From contig CAYRPF010000003.1 in NCBI GenBank assembly GCA_964426185.1, positions 50,913 to 82,912 of the forward strand: a stretch of 32,000 bases of DNA. The letters run 5' to 3'. Source of the DNA: an uncultured archaeon. Its GTDB lineage: Archaea > Asgardarchaeota > Lokiarchaeia > Sigyniarchaeales > Promethearchaeaceae. A program made the position numbers and the translations under genes. The notes beneath the pieces are model-generated. The model did no database searches. It saw nothing but the letters and a program-made list of their open reading frames with translations, and was not told the DNA's origin. Below, one piece after another: positions 9,768 to 18,112 of the stretch (position 1 is the first letter of the stretch; each line of letters begins with the position of its first letter).

Positions 9768-10229
9768 ATGGAAAATTTAATCATAATTCTTTATTACAGT
9801 CGAGAAAATCATACGAAAACGTTAGCTAAACGATTTTTAGACATCTTTCGGGAATTTCTCCCTATGAATTTTCGGATAGAAATGATGCATGCTACTGAAA
9901 TTGACTATACTAAATTAAAAACATGTGCTGGTATTGTAGTAGGTTCTCCTGATTATTTTGGTTATGTAAGTGGTTACATTAAGATATTTTTCGATGAAAT
10001 TTATCTACATAAAGAGGAATATCACAAACGACCGATTATTGGGTTTATTACTCACGGTGGAGGAGGAAAAGCGGAAAAAAAACTACGTGATTTGTTTACT
10101 TATTTTGATTTTGAAATTATCGATCCCATAATTTCTGTTAAGTTAGATAACATAACCAGTAAAATTGAAAACCAGATACAAAAAAGTGGATTAAAAATGC
10201 TTAAGTTAATTAAAAAGCCAAGCAACTAA
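9768..10229 (+). CDS. Flavodoxin-family (WrbA/FMN reductase-like) protein
   Basis: YYSRENHTKTLA FMN loop, VVGSPDYFGYVSGYIKIFFD, FITHGGGG. Confidence 0.85.
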   Translation: MENLIIILYYSRENHTKTLAKRFLDIFREFLPMNFRIEMMHATEIDYTKLKTCAGIVVGSPDYFGYVSGYIKIFFDEIYLHKEEYHKRPIIGFITHGGGGKAEKKLRDLFTYFDFEIIDPIISVKLDNITSKIENQIQKSGLKMLKLIKKPSN

Positions 10230-11038
10230 GCTGTTTCATGAAGTAGAAGTTTTACCATTTCGACAAATCCCTTACCTGCTTCTTGTTGGGTAATATAGGC
10301 AGGGAGATGGGTGATTTCATCTTTAAACCTCATGATATTTGCGACCCCTATTGAATTCGGGAAAAATTTAAACATGGGTTGATCATTGGGTGAATCTCCC
10401 ACAAACAATCCCCAATCTGGATATAAATCCAAATCTATTCCTAATAATTCCTTACTCAATCGTTTGGTCATCTTCAGTTTATTAAAATCCCCAAACCAGC
10501 CATTAACATGGATACTGCTGACCTTGGTGGTGGCGCCGTATTTGTGAAAAATCTCTTCAATTTTTCTAATCTGCTCTTTATTGTGTGGAGGGACATCTTC
10601 ACAGAAATCGATTGCTAAATCAAATAAGCGGTAAGGCTGATCAGAAGCTACGGCTAAAGTGGGAATTTGGGAAAAAATCTCTTGTTTGATGAGTTCAAAT
10701 TTCTTACGATTTTGCTTGATGTCTTCAGGTTTTTGATAGAATTTCATGATGAGTTTTGAAGGTTTTTTAGAATGATCCATGTAAGTATAAAGTGCCCCAT
10801 TTTCACCTACAACCCCTGAAACGGGCCACATTCGAGCAATTTGATCTACCCATCCGGCACATCTACCCGTAATTGGCACTACGTGGATTCCCGCTCTTTT
10901 TAATTTCCATAATGCTTGATAAGTTTCAGGTAATAGTTTTCCATGAAATGTCAGAGTATCATCAATATCGCAGAATACCACTTTTATTTTTTTAATATCC
11001 GCTGAAGAAAATTGATTAACTGGTTGAAGGGATTTCAT
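10226..11038 (-). CDS. HAD-superfamily hydrolase, subfamily IIB
   Basis: Motif I DIDDTL, ITGR, GENGA, conserved K, motif IV GDSPND. Confidence 0.9.
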   Translation of the reverse strand: MKSLQPVNQFSSADIKKIKVVFCDIDDTLTFHGKLLPETYQALWKLKRAGIHVVPITGRCAGWVDQIARMWPVSGVVGENGALYTYMDHSKKPSKLIMKFYQKPEDIKQNRKKFELIKQEIFSQIPTLAVASDQPYRLFDLAIDFCEDVPPHNKEQIRKIEEIFHKYGATTKVSSIHVNGWFGDFNKLKMTKRLSKELLGIDLDLYPDWGLFVGDSPNDQPMFKFFPNSIGVANIMRFKDEITHLPAYITQQEAGKGFVEMVKLLLHETA

Positions 11039-11119
11039 AAACAAAATGACACTTTTATTTTTTTTAAATATTCGCTGAAGAAAATTGATTAACTGGTTGA
11101 AGGGATTTCATAAACAAAA
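10979..11119. repeat. Tandem direct duplication with 73-bp period covering the 5' end of the HAD gene
   Basis: 47 identical bp at 11000-11046 and 11073-11119. Similarity extends to 10979 and 11050 with one substitution and two extra bases. Confidence 0.95.
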
Positions 11120-11140
11120 AGGTTTTTGTTGAAAATTCTT

Positions 11141-11959
11141 CTAATGTCGTCGCTTTTTCTTATTTTTTTTTATTCCAGATACATCTGTTTTAAATCGGTA
11201 TTGTATTATTTGAATTAATAGATCGAAAAGATTTTCATCCACATCTTGATAATATTTTTGAAATTCGGATAATGCTTCATTGAAATCTCTTTTTTTCCAA
11301 GTTTTGATTAAATCACGTAGATTTTCTGCGCGATCGAACAAATTCTGAAATTCCTGTTGCAAAATCAAGATTTGCGACTCATCATCAATAATATCTAATG
11401 CTTTTTTAATAATGTTTTTTTCATAATCCAATTCCATATATTGCCATGGGGTGTTTTGAATAAAACCTTCAGTATTAATGACAAATGTATCGAATGTGGG
11501 ATTCTTTTTGTATTCTAAATCATAATACCATGTGAAAAGAAATGGATTCTGATACTTTTTTGGGAAGAAATTGGCGAAAAATCGATTATATATTGGAGCC
11601 AAGTTTTTATGTTCATACTTAGTATGAAGTATAGTAATCGGCATATCGATGATGACTGCATGAAGAACATTTTGAACACAATAATCGCCATATTGTTTAA
11701 GTAATTCTCGCAAGGAAACTTTGATTTCGGATTTTTCAGTTTCACCAATATTGATGGCTAAGTCTAGTTTTTCATAGCCGGCATTTTTTCCCGATCTTGT
11801 GAAAAAGGCTATGAACCGATGCTCACAGCAAATTCCTTCTTCAATTTGCACCTTTACTAACCCCATTTTCTTTGTTTCAAATAGAGAAAGCGGTAATTGG
11901 ATATGTTTTTCAACATTGCAAATTGGACATTGAATATGAACTTCTCTTGTTTCACTCAT
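11141..11959 (-). CDS. Hypothetical protein: N-terminal Zn ribbon plus possible DENN-like alpha/beta domain
   Basis: CPIC...ICCEHRF metal-binding motif, followed by VLHAVIIDMPITILH...FFANFFP. ATG 11959 preferred. Confidence 0.6.
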   Translation of the reverse strand: MSETREVHIQCPICNVEKHIQLPLSLFETKKMGLVKVQIEEGICCEHRFIAFFTRSGKNAGYEKLDLAINIGETEKSEIKVSLRELLKQYGDYCVQNVLHAVIIDMPITILHTKYEHKNLAPIYNRFFANFFPKKYQNPFLFTWYYDLEYKKNPTFDTFVINTEGFIQNTPWQYMELDYEKNIIKKALDIIDDESQILILQQEFQNLFDRAENLRDLIKTWKKRDFNEALSEFQKYYQDVDENLFDLLIQIIQYRFKTDVSGIKKNKKKRRH

Positions 11960-12129
11960 TACTTCAATCAAAAATTTCCCAATTATTTGAATCTTATCTT
12001 TTCTATAAAAGAAAATTTTATACAATCATTGTAATATCATCCTCATGTTATGTGATTTTAAACTTGAATTAGTCATATACATAAGCATAGTATCCTCATA
12101 AGAACAACAAACCCTCCTTGTGAAGAATC

Positions 12130-15100
12130 ATGGTATACATAAAAAGAATGATCTGTGCTGGATTTAAGAGCTTTCGCAAGCGAACCATAATCAATTTTGA
12201 TAAGGGTTTCACAGCAATTGTTGGCGCAAATGGTTCAGGAAAAAGTAATATTATTGATGCGTTTTCTTTTGTCTTAGGTGAACTCTCTTCAAAGACCCTG
12301 CGTGCAAATAACATAAAAGACCTGATCTCAAACGGGGGGAAAGGATTTGAACCAAGTCAAACTGCTTCAGTGGAAATTTTTTTTGATAATTCTGATCAAG
12401 GATTCCCTCTTGAGAGTCAAGAAGTATGTATTTCCCGCAAAATTAATCGATCGGGACAAAGTGTATATAAAATTAATAATAAAAGAACAACACGTAAAGA
12501 AATCATTAATTTGCTAGATTTGGCTGGTTTTATGCCGAATTCATCAAATATGATTATGCAAGGCGAGCTTTTCCGTTTGATTAACATGAGTCCCAATGAC
12601 CGAAGAGAATTGATTGAAGAAATTGCTGGGATTTCGTCCTATAACAACAAGAAACAATCTGCAGAAGAAGAATTAAATCAAGTTCAAAGTAATTTGGCTC
12701 AAGTTTCTTTATTATTAAACGAAGTATATCTCCAATTAGAACAGTTGGAGAAAGAAAAACAAGATGCAGAGAAATTCCTTGAATTAGAAGCCAAAGAAAA
12801 AATACATCAAAATGCTTTTATCCAAACTCAAATCAATCAAACAAAACATAATTTGGAAGTAATGGGCGAAAAAAAGGTTTTAATCACACAGCAGATCCAA
12901 GAAATTCAAGCCAAGCAGAAAGATTTGCATGCAGAAATTGGAGATATTGAATTAAAAATCCATGCACTACTTCCAAAAATTAGAGATCTTCAAGATGAAG
13001 AATTAAGAAAATTAACATCTCAATTAAAATTAATAAAAGAAGAGATTACAGAACAGAACGCATCGTTAAAATACTCTAAGCAAAACTTAGAAAATTTTGA
13101 GGATGAACGGAAAAAATTATATGCTAAAATCTCAGAACTTGAGCAAGAAGAACATCAAGTTTTACAAAAGATTACAGATTTAGAGAATAAAAAGGAATCA
13201 TTTTCTGAACAAATCCAAATCAAAGAAAACGAAATTCAAACTTTTAATAATCAATTAGAAACGATTGATCGAGATTATATCGAACTAAAAAAAAAAGCCA
13301 ACCAACTCCAAAATCGAATTGATCAAGTAAAAGACAAGCGTTCGGAAATCGATTTAGCCTTAAAGGTTAACCAAAGACGGATTAAAGATTTAGAGACACG
13401 AAAAATTTCACTAGATCAAAAAATATATCAAAAACTGCAAGAAATTGAAAAATTAAAACAAAATGTTGCAGATTTGGAAAAAAAACAAATGGAAAAATTG
13501 GGATTATCAGAGATCAATTCATTTTCCAAGGGTAATATTGAAAAGAAAATTGAAGAATTGGAAGAAAATGTGGTTCGATGGCAACACGAAATGAAAAACA
13601 TTAAGCCAATTCTTCTTCAAAAACAACAAAAAGTGTTTGAACTTCAATCTCAACAACGATTAGAAAAAGAAATGAATCATGCTGGACGTATTTCCGCTAT
13701 TCTTAAAGAATTAAGGCAAAAAAGTCAAATAGAAGGGATACATGGTAGTATTGCTGAATTAGGAACCACAGATCCAAAATTTCAAAAGGCGTTGGATATG
13801 GCGGTAGGATCTCGCTTCCAATATATTGTAGTGGACAATCAACAAGTTGGTGAAATGTGCATTAAATACTTGAAAAAGAAAAATCTCGGACGTGCTTCTT
13901 TTATTCCTCTTCAAGAAATAAAATATTCTCCCTTTTCTCCATCTCTACCATCCAATAAAAAAATCTTTGGACGTGCGATAGATCTAATCAAATTTGACCA
14001 GAAATTTTACCATGCATTTGAATATATTTTTGGTCGCATTATCATTGTCGAAGATTTGATAACAGCACGTCAGTTACAAGTTCCTGCTAAACGGGTTACG
14101 CTTGATGGTGATATTGTGGATGGATCAAATCTCATGACTGGGGGAAAAATGAAATCTTCTTCCCGTTTTGGTTTTTTCAAGGGTAAAACAGAAAAAAATA
14201 TCTTACATCAAGAAAAAGCAGAATTAGCAGATTTATTACAACAAGAAAACCAACTTTCAGTTCAAATTCGGCATGCTCAAGATGAAATATCTCGTTTATA
14301 CAAGATAAAAATTTCAGGTGCCAACAAGACCAAAGAAATCAGTGAGCAAATTGCGATTAACAATGCGAAAATTCACCAACTTCATGCTGATATTGTTCAA
14401 AATAAGAAAGAAATTGAACAATTGGAAATGAATATTCAAGATTTTTCCCAATTATTGAAAGAAAATCAAGATACATTCAAGGAAATTTCAAATGAGTTAG
14501 ATATGCTAAAAACTCAATTGGCAGATATTCAAAAACAATTAGATTCTTCTGAAGAAAGTCAAATTAAAACAAAATTGAGAAAAACTGAGAAAGAATTGGC
14601 AGACTTCACTAAAAATTTAAATAAGATTGAAGTAGAATTGGCAAAAAACCAAACGATTTTATCCGATACTTTACGAAAAAACCGTAAAGAAGCTCAAGCT
14701 TTAATCAAAGAAAAAAGTGAACAAATAGAAAAGAGTTATCAACAAATTCAAGATTTAACTGAGCGAATAAGCGAATCACAAGCTCAATTTGACTCATTAC
14801 AAACGACTGTAGATCAAAAAAGCCAAAAGCTTGCAAAAATCCTTAAAGAAAAAGATAATTTAACGATGCAAATCTCAGAAAAGAAAATTCAAGTTGCCAA
14901 ATTTGAAAATCAAGTTCATCCTCTAAACATGCAACTCAATACTATCGAAATTAAAGCAAATGAAATGGAAATTAAGATTCAAGAATGGAAATGCCAAATC
15001 AATCCTGAAGTGAGAATTGAACCCTTACTATTGGAGAAATCTCCCGATTACCATCAAAAACAATTAAGGGAAATACAAAAATTGAAAGATCAACTTGGAC

Positions 15101-15741
15101 CAGTAAATTTGCGTGCAATTGATAAGTATCGTGAAATTGAAGTTAGATTTAATGAACTACAACAGAAAAATGAACAAGTCATCGACGAACGCGAAGCGAT
15201 TCTTGCCTTTATCGATTCTTTGGAACAAGAAAAACTCCGAGTTTTTATGAATAATTTCAATGCCATTAATTCAAATTTTGGATATGTATTCGGTAAATTA
15301 TCACCTGGAGGGGAAGCTAAATTGGAATTGGAAAATCCAGAAACACCCTTTGATGGTGGAATTCAAATTCTTGCTCGTCCAGGGGAAAAGAAATGGTGTT
15401 TAACCCAAGCTATGTCTGGCGGCGAAAAAACACTAACAATTATTGCCTTAATTTTAGGGATTCAAATGCACGTTCCTTCCCCATATTATATATTAGATGA
15501 AATCGATGCGGCTTTAGACGATGTCAATGCTTCTCTCGTGGCAGAAATGATCAAAGAACTCTCCGTTAAATCACAATTTGTAATAATTACGCATAGAGAT
15601 GTGACAATGGCGCGTGTAGACCACTTACTTGGAGTTTCAAACATCGAAGGAGTTACATCTGTATTAAACCTTTCAATTCAGAAAGTTCTTCAACAAATTC
15701 AAGCAAATGAGAATAAGAATGAGGGTGTAATTCAAACCTAA
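12130..15741 (+). CDS. smc: Chromosome segregation protein SMC
   Basis: Walker A GANGSGKSN, Q-loop MQG, long coiled coils, hinge (GRASFIPL, RVTLDG..MTGG), GPVNLRAI, signature MSGGE, Walker B/D-loop YYILDEIDAALD, ITH. Confidence 0.98.
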   Translation: MVYIKRMICAGFKSFRKRTIINFDKGFTAIVGANGSGKSNIIDAFSFVLGELSSKTLRANNIKDLISNGGKGFEPSQTASVEIFFDNSDQGFPLESQEVCISRKINRSGQSVYKINNKRTTRKEIINLLDLAGFMPNSSNMIMQGELFRLINMSPNDRRELIEEIAGISSYNNKKQSAEEELNQVQSNLAQVSLLLNEVYLQLEQLEKEKQDAEKFLELEAKEKIHQNAFIQTQINQTKHNLEVMGEKKVLITQQIQEIQAKQKDLHAEIGDIELKIHALLPKIRDLQDEELRKLTSQLKLIKEEITEQNASLKYSKQNLENFEDERKKLYAKISELEQEEHQVLQKITDLENKKESFSEQIQIKENEIQTFNNQLETIDRDYIELKKKANQLQNRIDQVKDKRSEIDLALKVNQRRIKDLETRKISLDQKIYQKLQEIEKLKQNVADLEKKQMEKLGLSEINSFSKGNIEKKIEELEENVVRWQHEMKNIKPILLQKQQKVFELQSQQRLEKEMNHAGRISAILKELRQKSQIEGIHGSIAELGTTDPKFQKALDMAVGSRFQYIVVDNQQVGEMCIKYLKKKNLGRASFIPLQEIKYSPFSPSLPSNKKIFGRAIDLIKFDQKFYHAFEYIFGRIIIVEDLITARQLQVPAKRVTLDGDIVDGSNLMTGGKMKSSSRFGFFKGKTEKNILHQEKAELADLLQQENQLSVQIRHAQDEISRLYKIKISGANKTKEISEQIAINNAKIHQLHADIVQNKKEIEQLEMNIQDFSQLLKENQDTFKEISNELDMLKTQLADIQKQLDSSEESQIKTKLRKTEKELADFTKNLNKIEVELAKNQTILSDTLRKNRKEAQALIKEKSEQIEKSYQQIQDLTERISESQAQFDSLQTTVDQKSQKLAKILKEKDNLTMQISEKKIQVAKFENQVHPLNMQLNTIEIKANEMEIKIQEWKCQINPEVRIEPLLLEKSPDYHQKQLREIQKLKDQLGPVNLRAIDKYREIEVRFNELQQKNEQVIDEREAILAFIDSLEQEKLRVFMNNFNAINSNFGYVFGKLSPGGEAKLELENPETPFDGGIQILARPGEKKWCLTQAMSGGEKTLTIIALILGIQMHVPSPYYILDEIDAALDDVNASLVAEMIKELSVKSQFVIITHRDVTMARVDHLLGVSNIEGVTSVLNLSIQKVLQQIQANENKNEGVIQT

Positions 15742-15745
15742 CAAT

Positions 15746-15752
15746 AGGAGGT
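15746..15752 (+). promoter_or_regulatory. Shine-Dalgarno site for scpB
   Basis: AGGAGGT 4-7 nt before the tandem ATGs at 15757/15760. Confidence 0.7.
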
Positions 15753-15756
15753 AATA

Positions 15757-16326
15757 ATGATGGATGGAAAAGCAAATAATAATCTTCGATTAGAATTGGA
15801 AGCATTGATTTTTTCTTCCTCGAAGGGATTATCACTCAAAGAAATTCAAAAAGCATTGAAAATTGAGGATGTTACAATTATTCCCAAATTGATTTCTGAA
15901 ATAAACGATTTAAACCTCCAAAATAATTCGGTATTATACATATCCTATGATGGATTTCAATATCAATTTAATCTCAAAGAGAAATATCTAGATCACCCGG
16001 TGATCCAACCATTTACTGCTGGTTCTGATTTGAATAAAGCCCAAATTAAAACGCTTGCGTTTATTGCATACAATCAACCTGTGGAATATCAAGATATCAT
16101 TGATTTTGTAGGACGTGGTTCAAAAAAAGCGATTCAAGTCCTCCTTCATCGAAAGTTTATATCTTATGATACAGACAAGTATGAAATTTTAGATCACGAG
16201 GGAAAAGAAAAAAGGATAAAAGTTAAAATATTTCAAACTACTGAGCATTTTGCAGAATATTTTCATATTTCCAATGATATTAGTTTGATTCAAGATCTAA
16301 TTGAAGGGGTTCTGGAAAAAGGATGA
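15757..16326 (+). CDS. scpB: SMC-Scp complex subunit ScpB (kite)
   Basis: LEALIFSS, KTLAFIAYNQPV and FQTTEHFAEYF match the ScpB tandem winged-helix motifs. Lies 15 nt downstream of smc. Confidence 0.92.
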   Translation: MMDGKANNNLRLELEALIFSSSKGLSLKEIQKALKIEDVTIIPKLISEINDLNLQNNSVLYISYDGFQYQFNLKEKYLDHPVIQPFTAGSDLNKAQIKTLAFIAYNQPVEYQDIIDFVGRGSKKAIQVLLHRKFISYDTDKYEILDHEGKEKRIKVKIFQTTEHFAEYFHISNDISLIQDLIEGVLEKG

Positions 16327-16332
16327 AAATCA

Positions 16333-18093
16333 TCATTTGTGATAAATTGAACGAACTTCACGGATGACCAATCCAATTAAATCACTTTTTCGATTGATAC
16401 AGTAGAATTTCGCCCCCATTTCTTTTAAACTTTTAATATAAGATTGCTCTAATTCTTCTTCATATCCATCTATAAAGAAACATATCAGCATATTTCCCAT
16501 TTGTAGGAGATTTTGGAAATCAGAAAACGATTGATTCCAATTTTGAATCTCAAAATCCGTAATTACCAAAATACAACTTTTTGAATCTGCCTTTTTAGCT
16601 AAATTAATCATTTTTTGAGATGGAAGAATTGTACCACTCCCTTGATAGTCTAATAAATGTTTTTCTAAGTAATGAATATCATTTGACCATTTGGTGGATC
16701 GCGTTTTTTCTGAAAAATTAATTACTGCTGCATATGAACCTTGAGATAATGAATAATGAAGGGCAGCAAAACTCGCCAAAAGTGCTACATGGAATTTTCC
16801 CGAGATTTTATCGTTATGAAAATTCCAATCCATTGATCCAGAACTATCGAGTACAATCATTAAATCTGGGAGTTGTTCGTGAATCTTTGTTCCAGGCCCC
16901 AGAAGATAATTCCATTTTTTAGTCGTTACATTTGGAATTAATATTGGGCTTGAAATCAAAGACTGAACTATATCTAGATCTTCTAAAGGATCACCCAACC
17001 GCCATTTTTCGATTGATACTGGGATACTTCCCCCTGGTTTTTGAATGGTAATTTCGAATTTGAGTAAATTTTTTGCCTGACTTCTATACCAGATCGCTTG
17101 TTTCTCTCGACTGTCATTTATTCCATATAATTGAGCTACAGCTTGAAATCTTCCAAATTCATGATTTCGTGCAAAATTTTCAAAATCATCATCAATAGTT
17201 CTGCCTTTATCCTTTGAATTTTGCACTTCCTCTGACTCTTCAGATTTTGCCCTATTGTAATCAATGGTTTGAGTCAAGTCTCCGAATGATTCTTTCACAT
17301 CATCAGGAATTTGGAGTGGATTCTCCAGAAATTGCTGGGATTCTCCTGTTTGGCTATGATTCGATGAATCACTTGAAATTTTGTTTCTTAAATTCTCTTT
17401 TAAAGAACATTCTTCTTTTAAAATAGGCTTCAATAATTTTGCGATCTTTTTTAGATTTTTCGACCAAATATCCTCATTTTCAACTGAAGAAATAATGAGT
17501 TTGCAGATTTTACTGCATACATCATGAATTTGAGTATCAGAATGAAGGGATTGGATGAATTGGATATCCCAGAGTATTTCATAGCAGTGAATCAATATTT
17601 TCCATAATTTACTTGCTTTTTTGAACTGTTCTGGTGTTTCATTTTCTTTTATGTGTTTTTGCATTTCCCATTCCATTATTTGCGGAAAAAATTGATGATT
17701 TTTGAAATCAATTAACAAATCGCTAAATATATTTACTATAATTGGGGCAAAATATTGGTGAACTTTTGCTTCTAACACAGAATTTAACAAGATCATATTG
17801 GTGAAGTTATCATATGGGCAAAAGACATAATGGGAAATTTCGTGAAGACTTAATGAGAAGAAATAGTCATGATATTCTTGGGTTAGAATAATATCATGAG
17901 TATTTGCCAAGTTTAGTGTAATTTGATATGATTCGAAATCAATAAAAAAGCCGGTCTTTTTTGAATAATCAAAAATTAAATTGGGAGTTGGTAATGAGGG
18001 ATAATAATAAAATTTCAAAGCGACATCAAAAGCTTTCTCCGCAATTTTCCTTATTTTTTGTTCTTCCGAATTAATTGATGATACTTCTTGCAT
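16333..18093 (-). CDS. vWA-domain protein with an N-terminal HEXXH metallopeptidase-like domain (MoxR partner)
   Basis: HEISH at 17830-17844, and MIDAS DSSGS...GSGT...ITD. ATG 18093 avoids a 160-nt overlap with the upstream gene. Confidence 0.85.
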   Translation of the reverse strand: MQEVSSINSEEQKIRKIAEKAFDVALKFYYYPSLPTPNLIFDYSKKTGFFIDFESYQITLNLANTHDIILTQEYHDYFFSLSLHEISHYVFCPYDNFTNMILLNSVLEAKVHQYFAPIIVNIFSDLLIDFKNHQFFPQIMEWEMQKHIKENETPEQFKKASKLWKILIHCYEILWDIQFIQSLHSDTQIHDVCSKICKLIISSVENEDIWSKNLKKIAKLLKPILKEECSLKENLRNKISSDSSNHSQTGESQQFLENPLQIPDDVKESFGDLTQTIDYNRAKSEESEEVQNSKDKGRTIDDDFENFARNHEFGRFQAVAQLYGINDSREKQAIWYRSQAKNLLKFEITIQKPGGSIPVSIEKWRLGDPLEDLDIVQSLISSPILIPNVTTKKWNYLLGPGTKIHEQLPDLMIVLDSSGSMDWNFHNDKISGKFHVALLASFAALHYSLSQGSYAAVINFSEKTRSTKWSNDIHYLEKHLLDYQGSGTILPSQKMINLAKKADSKSCILVITDFEIQNWNQSFSDFQNLLQMGNMLICFFIDGYEEELEQSYIKSLKEMGAKFYCINRKSDLIGLVIREVRSIYHK

Positions 18094-18112
18094 TTTTATT
18101 TTCAACCCCCCA

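Noticed and set aside
10979-11119. Possible att site or target-site duplication of a mobile element
   Set aside because: The copies are adjacent with nothing inserted between them, and there is no integrase or transposase in the window.
12130-16326. Wadjet/MksBEF or Rad50/SbcC defence or repair system
   Set aside because: The SMC has a canonical hinge and full length, there is no zinc hook, and no JetA/JetD or Mre11 neighbour. It is housekeeping condensin-like.
16322-16334. GATGA-AAA-TCATC palindrome at the scpB/vWA convergent junction
   Set aside because: A 5-bp stem largely explained by opposing TGA codons; likely chance.
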